Source: Piromyces finnis finn (Eukaryota; Fungi; Neocallimastigomycota). Taken from it: a stretch of 64,000 nt of DNA. Position 1 is the first letter of the stretch. Each line of letters begins with the position of its first letter. The translations under genes and the position numbers were made by a program. The notes below the pieces were generated by a model. That model made no database searches, had not been told where the DNA came from, and saw only the letters and a list, made by a program, of their open reading frames with translations. The stretch is from NCBI GenBank assembly GCA_002104945.1, contig MCFH01000004.1:496001-560000 (forward strand), in the 5' to 3' direction. Below, in pieces: positions 46,985 to 58,448 of the stretch.

Positions 46985-47757
46985 AAAGTTTTATTAAATT
47001 TTTTTTTCCATATAAGATCTAACCAACTTTCCCTCAGTACAAAAAGATATTAATAAATTAAAAAATTTAAATATATATATATATATATTTGATTGATTAT
47101 CTAGATATTTATATTTGTGTTTTTATTTTTATTTTTATTTTTATTTGTATTTGTATTTATATTTGTATTTGTATAATTTAATTTCAACTTTTATTATGCA
47201 TTGCATGTATAATATATTTTAGAAAAAAAAAGAAAATAATCCTATGATAAAAGAAAAGGATATTAAAAAGACAAAGAAAAAAAAAAAAAATTCAATTTTA
47301 TTTTTTTTATTCTGAATTTTATTTTATTTTATTTATATATAGGATTATTATGTATGATATGTTATTTTATTTGCAAAAATTGTTTTATATGTATTTTAAT
47401 TTATTTGTTTGTTTTACTATATATAATAAAAATGTTAATAAAATAAAATAAATAGATAAATCCTTAAATAAAAATAAAAAAGAAAAAAAAAGTGTTTATA
47501 ATTTGATTTTAAATATTATTATATAAAATATAATTGATATTAAAAAAAAAAAAAAGATATTTCTAATTAAATTGGATAGGAAAAAGAAAAAAAAAAAGTA
47601 TGTATATATATATATCTTTAATTATTTATGATAAAAAAAAATAATATAATGAATTTATGAATACTATCATTAATTATTTCATTTGTTATTATTATAATTA
47701 TTGTCTTGTTTTTTTTTTTGTAGGGGAGGAGAAAGAAGATGAAAAAAAAAAAAAAAA

Positions 47758-50700
47758 TTAATCCGATTTTCCATTATGAGTAGTAACAATCATGGAATGT
47801 CTATTAAATAATTGTTTTTTCCTGCGTTCCGCTTCAGGAATAACTATTTCAGGTGATTCTTTATCCTTATCATTGTCATAATCTTTTTCAGGTTGTTCTT
47901 CACTATAACTAAATGCAAAACCTGTATTTGAACGTTCTGTCTTTGTTTTTGTATCGTATAATGACATTCTTCTATGATGCGTGTATCGAGAATAAGCTGG
48001 AGCAGAAAGAGTCTTTTTCAATGGAATGGTATCACGATCGGATACAATTGAAGAGATGACCGATGATTGTGTTTGATTCGATGTAGTACTATTTGGACTG
48101 TCAATTCTTCTGACTTCAAATTGTGGAGCGAAATTAATTTTTTGATGTTCCATTTCCTTAACAATAGTTAAATCGGATGGACAGAACATGGATTTGGCAA
48201 ACCTTATGACAATCATTGGGAATATACATAACATAATGGCTAATAAGAGACCAAACCAGAAAATTGGCATTTTGAAAAGTACATAAAGATCTGGAGTTTC
48301 TGGATCAAAGAATTTTGCTGATGGAATATAAATGAAAAAGCTGAAAGTTTCTATTAAAATGATAAAGGTACCAAAGACATCCCATGAATGCATATACATT
48401 AAAGCAGTAAAATTAGCAACAACAATGCCATAACATGCAATAATATTACCAATTAATTTCTTATCATCATCATAACCTTGGGGTAATGCACCTCCTAAAC
48501 TCATTAAAAATGGAATGGCAAAGGAAACAATAGAAAGGTAAACGGCATTTAAAACGAAAAGTAAGAAACGCTTTGTTGTGAAAAGGGATTGCTTTTTCTT
48601 TGTTGAAGCGTAGATTTGTGGGATTTTTAATGCTGTTGTAGTACTAACATCTCGATCAAGTATACCAATAACACAAACAGGAAGAACAGTGAAAATAATG
48701 TTATAATACATCCAAAGTGGATAATCAAATATCATTGTTGCAGAAAAACCATTGAAAATCTGGAAGTAGAACATAATAAAAGTCCAAACCATGTTCTTAA
48801 AGAAAAAGTTTAAGACACAATTAGCAATACGAAGGTACGACCAACGACCATGAACTAATAATAATTTCTTTAGGAATCTAAATTGAGAAATAACGTAATC
48901 ACTTGACATAGCTGCTTGCATACCTTCCTCACCATTGATACCAACACCAACATTAGCTTCTTGGATCATACTAACATCATTAGCACCATCACCAATACTA
49001 AGGCACATGGCATGTAAATTATCTTTAACTAATTTAACAACTTCAGATTTTTGTTTTGGTGCAACACGACAACATATGACAGCATCACATCGTACACCAA
49101 TATTTAAAAACATGGCTTTATAGTGTTCATTATCAAATACACTACGAAGGGCCAAACCTTCAATAATCATACCAAAGCTACCACCTTGTTCAAGTTGACC
49201 AAGAGCTGTAATCAATTGTTCTTCAATTTCCTTGTTATTATCTGAACTACGAACAACTAATAAAAGCATATTCTTCTTTAAGAGATTACAAGCATAACCA
49301 ATATTAACAGCAGTTTCAAACTTATCACCAGTTAAAACCCAAACCTTAATACCAGCAGCTAAAAGAGTTTCAATACAGTCAGGAACACCATCTTGAAGAC
49401 GATCTTCAATAGCGGTGGCACCTAATAAAACTAAATCTTTTTCGATACGTTCACAAACCTCCATAACTTTTTCTTCACGATTTTCCATTGCTTTTGTTGC
49501 TTCTATATAAGCATCATTCCAAACTTGATATTCTTCTTTTGGAATATTACGATAGGCAATACAAAGCGTACGTAAACCTTCATTTGCAAATACCTCTAAA
49601 TGACCAAGAGTAGTGTTTGAAAAGTCGTCTTTTCCTTTTAAACGTTCATAGATAATATTATCAGCACCCTTACAGAAAATTATAATGTCATCATCACGTG
49701 GATCCTGTACAATAACAGACATCCTCTTACGGGTACTGTTAAATTCAATAATATTTAAAAGACGATAAACTACTTCTTCTCCTTGAATAGTTAAGTAGAT
49801 ATGATTGGTATCACGGCCAGTAAAGACGAAACCTAGGTCTTTAGCAGTACTAACTAAAGATTGTTCATCAGGGGATTCAGCACCATAAACAAAATCTTTT
49901 GGATCTTTAGATTTTGGTGATAATACAGTATGACAAATAGCAACATGAGTAAAGAATTGCTTTATTTTTTCGGAATGTTCATCATTCTTTTCTAAATCGA
50001 CGAAAAGAGTTTCATCAATAAATGGAAGACTTTCTTTTTCACTTAAATATGGATTATTATAAATTGCTTTCATTTGTTTTCTCATTTTCTCTTCAACTTC
50101 CGCTTCCTTAGCATGGACAAGTTCTATGTTCTTGCCTTGTAACGATACATCGGTACCCTTAATACCATAAACCTTTCCATTAATAGTACAACGACGGAAT
50201 TCCATCTTATTTTGAGTTAATGTTCCGGTTTTATCGGAAAATACATATTCGATTTGACCTAAATCGTCTGATATTGTCCATGTTTTTACAATACATGATT
50301 CATCACGAGGTTCATAATACATATCAACATCACCAGATATCCAATAGGTATGGATCATTTTTATAATTTCGATGGTAACATAAAGTGAAATTGGAATAAT
50401 GGTTTGTAATAAAATGACAGCATTACCTAAAGCATAAACTGTTGATTTAATAGAACTATTCAAATTGTTAATCCATGGAGTTGGAATTTTTAGCCATTTT
50501 GAAAAAACAAAGTAATGTACACCAGCAGTTATAATTGATAAACCAAAGAGAATAATAAAGTTAAATACAACTTGAGGGTTCATTGACTTTTCAATTTTAC
50601 TGCGCTTTGACGGAGTTTTACCTGAACCTAAAATTACCTTTGTATCACATCCGGTATATAAAACAACACCAATAACCCAATCAGTGTTTCTTAAAATAGA

Positions 50701-52103
50701 ACCACGTAATAAAACATTGTTGATATTTAAAGAAATTGATTGTTCTCCTTCTGGATAAATAATTTCTTCATTATCACTTCTTGTATTATTTGGTTTTGAT
50801 GATGGGATAGTTAAGACACCGGTGAAACGTTGAAGTTCTGGTGAAGGTTTTTCAGCATCAATATAACCTTTAAATTGTTTAGCTTCATTGGAAGAAGAAA
50901 TATAAGCTGTTTCCTGTGGACCTTTTCTAATCTTTAAACTGGTTTCGCCATCTAAACTTTTTGTTTCAGTATAGCAAATATTATCTTTTTCACAAGTAGA
51001 AAGAATTACCATATCAGCGGGAACCATTTCATTATTTCTAATGCAAATAATATCACCCACTCTTACATACTTCCATAAAGTTTTTCTCCATCCATCATTA
51101 GCACCTTTATCTAATGGGATAGATTCTTTACCAATAATTGAAGCAATAGTTAAAGCAGCGGGTTTTGATTCCTTATAACGCTTCATCTTTCTAACCTTTG
51201 GTCTAAATCTCTTTGATAAATACCAATAAATTGAAGATAAAATATAATTCTTCCATGATAAATTAACTGATGGATAATTTAAATTATCCCAATTCTCAGG
51301 TATATAAGTAATTGAATTATTTAAATGAGTATCCATTTGATGACGTTTTAAATCTTCATAACCATCTTTTAATGCTGTTACCAACATTACACCTGCTAAT
51401 GGTATAATTGCCCATATTGGGTCCATTTCCTATATAAAAATTAAATTCAATTATTATCTCTAAATATTTAAAGCATATATATATATATATATATCTTTAT
51501 TATTTAATATTAATTATTACCTGAAAAACAGGAACAAATTGAAATATAATCAAAAATATAAAAAATACTTTTATAGTAATATAATAAAAAATAGGTTAGT
51601 TTTCATTTAATGTTAAAAGGTTATGGGTTATATTATAGTTTAAAATTATTAAAATTTGATTATTATTTAAAATATTTCATTTATACATTTAATTTTTGAC
51701 TTTGATTTAATATAAACTTTTTTAACTTATTAAAAAAAAATGTATATTCATATTTTTTTATCCATTTATTATTAAAATGATGTTGTTTATGTATTTGAAT
51801 ATAAATAATTATTTATTGACTATTGACTATACATATATATTCATTTTATTTAGGATTCTTAAATTATATTTAATATTTTATAATTTCTTATTATTATATA
51901 TATATATTATTAAAAAAAAAATTACAATTTGCTACTCTTCGACATTGTTCATATAAATTCTTTGGTAAAAAATTTATAATAGTATATTTTGATGTTTTTA
52001 TTTTATTCTTTGGATATGAAAAAAGTTGAGCTCCAAATTTATCTACCGATGAAGGAGGAAGTTCAGTATTAACAAAAACTCTTCTTTCTACACCAACTGT
52101 CAT
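47758..52103 (-). CDS. P4-type ATPase phospholipid flippase (Dnf1/2-ATP10-like), 3 exons (52103-~51926, ~51567-51521, 51426 region-47758)
   Basis: KIKTSKYTIINFLPKNLYEQ; KSLDGETSLK actuator motif; IIPISLYVTIEIIK (TM4); phosphorylation site FSDKTGTLTQNKM; GLRTLCIAYR; GATAIEDRLQDGVP; VLTGDK; IGDGANDVSMIQ; GRWSYLR. Confidence 0.95.
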
Positions 52104-52849
52104 TTTGTTTTATTGTAAATAATAAATGTTTTATATATATTAATTGTTTCTTTTAATTAGTAATTGTTTTTAACAATAAATATTATGTGTATTAAGGGTT
52201 TTTCTTTAAAATTTTATTTTAATTTTATAATGAAATTATCTTAAATATATGTTTGTAATATATTAATATTATTATATATCAATCTACTATGTTGGTTGTA
52301 GTTATTAATATAAAGAAAATATATATATATTATTAGTATTTTATATTTATTAAATAATATAATTTTATTTTTTACTAAAAAAATACTTTAATTTTTATAT
52401 TTTTACTAGTTATAAATTTAATATATGTTTTTGAAGAAAAAAAAAGTAATAATAATAATTATTGTTTTTGTTGTTATTATTATTATTATTACTATTTATT
52501 ATTAAATTGTCATTACATTGTATAAATATTAATAATTCTACTTTTATGTATAAAATAATTTATCTAATATTATCATAGTTTTCATAGTTTTCATAATATT
52601 TTTTTTTTAAAATTTCATATATTTATATCATAAATTGATAAATTGATAAGAAAATACACTAATAATAGTAATAATGATTAACTCTTTTATATTCAAGCAT
52701 TATTAGAGTGTTAAAGTTATGTTAAATTAGCTATATTATAGAAAATGTTTTAAAAAAAATTTTTTTTCTATATATTATGAATGGATAATAGAATATAAGT
52801 TATATATTAATATTCGAATGGTTGTACTATAAAAGAATGTATTTCTGCA

Positions 52850-52955
52850 TTTCAATAAATGATTTTGTTGACTATCAATTATTTGATACTACTTTAATCT
52901 TTTGAATAAATGATTTCATTGACTATCAATTATTTGATACTATTTTAATCTTTTA
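52850..52955. repeat. Imperfect tandem duplication, 51-bp unit x2 plus a degenerate third copy
   Basis: GACTATCAATTATTTGATACTA at 52870 and 52921. Confidence 0.85.
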
Positions 52956-53029
52956 TATATAATTGATTTCTTTCAATTACTATTTGATATTTAAATAGCC
53001 TATATATTTATATATTTATATTGTTTCTT

Positions 53030-53064
<35 letters not shown>

Positions 53065-54653
53065 TAATTATGTCTAGTAAAGGCTAAATGTTTATATGTA
53101 TTACAATACAATACAATACACAACATAAAACTTTATTATATAAAAAAGTATGTTTATCTAAAATATTCATAAATTGTTTATCAAAACTGTATTTTTTTAT
53201 TATTATTTTATTATTATTTGTTTAATTGAACACTAAATCATTTAATGAATTATTGTTTTAATTAAATAAAATGATGTTTGTATTTACTTTGAAAACAATC
53301 CTCAATAAATATATATATTAAGAAACCCATTTTATTATTGTGTAATCAGGTTGTATTTGCATTTAATATTAATATATTTTACAATATAATGACATTTAAT
53401 ATTTTTTTATTACAAGTAATTATGTTTATATTTATAACAATGAATAAATATTTACTTTCATATTAAACAGTAAGAATTATACAAGTATTATCAATATATA
53501 TTTGAATGTTTGATAAATTTCATTGGATTTCTTTTTTTGTTTCATTTAATAGTTTATATTATTTATTAGTTTTTATTATTTATTTATTCGTCTTTTACTA
53601 TATAAAAAATATATTTATATAGTAAAAAAAATAAAAAAAATACTTAATAATAATAAGTATTTATTATTAAAAGAATCTTTCTTTTGTTTTTATTATTTAT
53701 TGTTATAAAAGTATTTATTAATTATTTTTCTTTTTTTTTTTTTTATTGATTTTGTTTTTTTAAAAAAAAAAATTTAAAGTTTAAAGAAAAAAAATAAAAT
53801 ACTTTTTAATAGTATTTATAATTTATTATTATTTCTATTTGGGTTTATTTTTTTTTACACAAAAAAATTATTAATATTTGGCAAAAATAAGAAAATTTAA
53901 TATTTTAAAATTATTAAAAATTAAATCTGCATCATAATTTTTTAATATAAAAAGCTCCCTTTTTTTACGATGTAAAAAATAGTCATTCATTCATTCATTC
54001 AATAATAACATTGATATAGAATAAGCAAATTAAAAGTAATAAATCATATATAATAATATAAATATATATTATATAAATTTAGTATTAATAAAAAAAATAT
54101 CTATGTATCTTTATTCTCTCCGAACAACAAAATAGACTTGATTACTATGTCATTATTTCAAGGTCAACCTCTATTCATCCCATATCAAATTATAATAGTA
54201 AAAAAAAAAAACAAGTTTAAACTTTAATAAATATAAAATAAATTAAATTATTTTCATTTATAAAAAAAAACATTGATTTCATTTATTCATTTATTCTATT
54301 TTGGTTGATAAAAAAGAAAATTATAAAGTTAAATATAATATAGCTAATAGATTATTATTATAACTTATACATTTATTACTGTATTTATGATACTAAAATA
54401 ATACAAGTATTTATTTAATGGATATATTTATGATACTAAAATAATACTAAAGAATTTTTAAAAATTATAGTAATTAAACTTATTTAATGATGTATCAAAT
54501 TATATTAATTATTCATAATTTAATTTAATTTGCTTCATACATTTAATTAATAATTTAATTTAGAAAATGATAATACAAAAAATTATTTAATAAAGTTACT
54601 ATTTAATATTTTTTTGGGTATTATTTAATTTAGGATAAATTTTATATTAATAC

Positions 54654-54686
54654 AAAGGGTTAGTTTAGAAATTAAAGGGTTAGTTT
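54654..54686. promoter_or_regulatory. Duplicated AAAGGGTTAGTTT motif (telomere-repeat-like core), 20-bp spacing
   Basis: Exact 13-mers at 54654-54666 and 54674-54686; function inferred only. Confidence 0.3.
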
Positions 54687-55584
54687 TACGTAAAAAGTCT
54701 ATAGCAAATCATCAAAGAAAAATAGATATATAAAATAAAAAGATTATGATATCTATCTTTTATTCTTATTGCTACTTTTTTTTTAAAAAAAAAAGTAAAT
54801 GTTTGTATAATAAAAAAATTATATATTTATATATTTGTCCTATTTATATTTATCATGTATAGATACAATATATTTAAATTTTAAAATGGTATTCAAGTTT
54901 AAGTTTAGTTTTCGTTATTCTTAAATTTTTATTTCTAAAATATTTTATATAATATCTTTGGTATAACAAATTTTACATCAAAATACTATTGAACTACTTT
55001 TTGGTTTTACTTTTATTTCAGAAAAGAAACTTTTTTGTTTTCTTATTTATTTTTACAGATTTATTTATAATTTCATTGTAAAAATATTTTTTTTTGTTTT
55101 ATATTATCCATCATTAAAAAAAAATGGAGACAAACAAATTAGAAACAACATCCAAATGAATTCATTATTTTTTTTTAAAAAAAAGTAACAATTAAAGTAA
55201 ATATAATGAATAAACTATTTACTTATTTTGAATACTATTTTTTTTTTAAATAGTAAAGATAATAAAAAACTAGGATTATAATTACTAACTAGCTTTATTA
55301 GAATATTATTTATTTTTTAATAATATTAAAACTAATGGTAATTTAAATTAATAAAATTTTATGTAATAAAATTAATAATAATGATTGTTATTGTAAAGAA
55401 AAGAAATAGCAGTAATAAAAATAACTTTAGAATTACACATATTTTATATATAAAAAAGGTATGGGAAATATATTTTAATAACAATAATATTAGAAAATTT
55501 TTTTATTTTTTAATGTTAGTTTTTTTTACTATTAAACATGCTTCATATTAAAAATTAATTTTTATATTTAGATAAAGGTTAGTA

Positions 55585-55586
<2 letters not shown>

Positions 55587-55650
<64 letters not shown>
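55587..55650. repeat. (AAAT)n tetranucleotide repeat
   Basis: Direct reading. Confidence 0.92.
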
Positions 55651-55652
<2 letters not shown>

Positions 55653-55965
55653 AACAGTAAGTAAATAGATATATATATATATAAATAAATAAATAAGTAA
55701 ATAAATAAATATAATAACAGGTTTGGTTTAAAAGTGCTAATTAATGTTTTAGTGATTTTTAAATTTTTTAATTTTTCATAAAAAATTTTTAATTATTGAT
55801 TGGATTAAAATCTAAAATATTTTGTTAAAATAATTATAAATCACATGATATATTCCAATCATATTGTTACAATATTATAATCATAAAAGTTCAGCTAAAT
55901 TGGTAAAACTTTAAATCTCTCTTTTGTTTCAGTTAAATTTAATTTGATATTCATTTTTGTCCAAA

Positions 55966-56458
55966 ATGGTTATGTCAGACTCTGAAGCCGCTTGCGTTTA
56001 CGCCGCTCTCATTCTTCAAGACGAAGGTCTCGATGTTTCTGTATGTATTTAATATATGATGTATTAAAATATATGGTTTATTGTATTATAATATTATTCA
56101 TCCATTATGGAACGAAAACAATAATATATAATATTAGAAATGTATTAATTCAAATATTTATAGAAATCATAATTAATGAAAACTATTTATTTGTATAAAA
56201 TAATAGGTTGAATTACTCGAAAAGATCATCAGTGCCTCTGGTTTAGCCGTCGAAAACATTTACCCAAAGATTTTCGCTAAGGCTCTTGAAGGTAAGGACA
56301 TCAAGGACTTCCTCTTCAACATCGGTTCCGCTGGTGCCGCTCCAGCTGCTGGTGCCGCCGCTACTGGTGCTGCTGCTGCCGCTGAAGAAGAAGAAAAGGA
56401 AGAAGAAAAGGAAGAAGAAGAATCCGACAGTGATATGGGTTTCGGTTTATTCGACTAA
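55966..56458 (+). CDS. RPLP1: 60S acidic ribosomal protein P1, 2 exons (55966-56040, 56207-56458)
   Basis: [25 protein letters not shown]|[49 protein letters not shown]...[24 protein letters not shown]; GC-rich, strongly biased codons. The ORF track shows only wrong frames. Confidence 0.97.
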
Positions 56459-57267
56459 GTTCCTTAAAAATGAATACTTTAGAATATAAGAAACACAATT
56501 TAAAGTCATACTCAAATTGTGTGAATAAACATTTAAATAATATCTCAATAAAACTAAAAAAAAATCAAATAAGGATGGTGTTTATAATTAAAATGTGTGT
56601 AGTAAAAATAATAATTGTTTTATTTTGGTAGTTGTGTATATGTATGGGTATGTAGATCATAGATAAATTGTTTAATGGCATGGTTAATGGTAAGTGTGAT
56701 AATTTTGGGATGTGGAAATAATGATAAATTTTGTTTTAGTAATAAAAAAATGGATTATATTTTTTTTTTCTTGTAGAATAATATTATTGTATTAATTTAT
56801 TATTCATAAATTATAAAAGGTATTAAGTATTTCTCAGAACATAAAATGCTGGTTCAATAAAGAGAATAAATTTAATTTTTCTTTTTAGCTATAATAAGAA
56901 CGAAATATAATTATTTTATAATAATGTAATAATGTTTATTATTTAATTCCTAAATATAAACTATTAAAATGTAAACATTGTTTTGCTTATTTTTTTTTTT
57001 TACATTTATTATTTGTATTTAAATTAAATGTATTTCTAATAATGCACTTGATCTTTGGCTCGGTGTCCCATTGGAAGTCAAATACAATTATTATACTTTA
57101 GTATGATACTTTAATTAAAATTACTAGAATACATTATACCCAATTTTTATTCATTTGTGTGTTTATTTAAACATATTTTTTTTATTTTTATTTTTATTTT
57201 TAATTTTTTTATTACATGTATTATAATTTTAATTAAATTAATAATAAAGTTTAAAATATTTGATGCC

Positions 57268-57298
<31 letters not shown>

Positions 57299-57688
57299 AA
57301 TGCACTTTGCTATCAAAACAACCACAACCATAACTAAAGCACTTATTTACTAGCATTAATGATATATATATTTATTTATTAATTTTTTTTATTGTATTTT
57401 ATACTATTTAAGACAGTTCTTTTTAAAATCTCTTAATCCTAATCCTTTAATCTTAATTTTTTTAAAATGTTTTAGTTATTAAAATAAATTAATAAAAATA
57501 GGTAGTGCCAGAAAGTATTTAAAACTTTTTGTATGGAAAAGTGAGAATATCTTTTTATTGATTATAATATGTAAATATATATATATATATGTTTAATTTT
57601 TATTAAAGATTGTTATAAAAATTAATTTTTTTCTTAAAGTTTTTCTTTTAAATAAACATTACTTTAGCATAAAACATATCATATAAGT

Positions 57689-57695
57689 CGATGAG
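57689..57695 (+). promoter_or_regulatory. PAC-like element (CGATGAG) upstream of the ribosome-biogenesis helicase gene
   Basis: GTCGATGAGATT about 750 bp upstream of the Dbp6 ATG; resembles yeast PAC GCGATGAG. Confidence 0.3.
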
Positions 57696-58448
57696 ATTTA
57701 TATGTACTTTTAATAATTATTTTTTAATTTTATTTTAACATTGATAATAAGGCTAGGTGATTTCCTAATAATTTCTGAATAGGTTATACGTTATAGCTAG
57801 TTTTTTTTTTGTTAAGTTATTTAACTAGTTTCCATTTTTATTATTAATTATTTGTTCTTATTTGAAATATATTTTATTATTTTTTCAAAATTAATACAGC
57901 TTTTTATTATTGTATAACATTATACATTATATATGAGTATTTTTTACTTATAATTACTCTCATAACATTTTTATTTATAAGAGTAGTTATAATAAAGTTA
58001 TTACACTAATGCTATATATTATATATTGCTAAATGTAAAGTATATAAAAATTTCATTATTTCCATATGAATTTTTTAGTAATTGTAGAAAATAAAGCAAT
58101 AAAGCTAATCCTAACATTATTGCTATTATTACTATAATCAATAATGTTGTTTTAGGCAAAGACTTTCGATAATAATTTTAAAATTGAATATATTATTATT
58201 ATTATTATTATTATTATGATAATTATTATAATTTTTAAAGATTGAAATGAAAAATACTATTAAATTTAACATTTATATTAATATATATTAGATCAATATA
58301 TTAACAATATATTATGATAAATATATACTATATAACTAAAAAAATATTATTTGTTAATTTTTTACTTTTTTTTTTTTTTTTATTATTATAAAATATTGAA
58401 TAAGGATTTCATTCCTTTTCTAACTAGATATATATAATATATAATAAA

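Noticed and set aside
57044-57056. CACTTGATCTT, complementary to U2 snRNA (AAGAUCAAGUG); considered as a U2 gene fragment or guide RNA
   Set aside because: Match limited to about 11 nt; flanks do not resemble U2 and no adjacent D/D' box.
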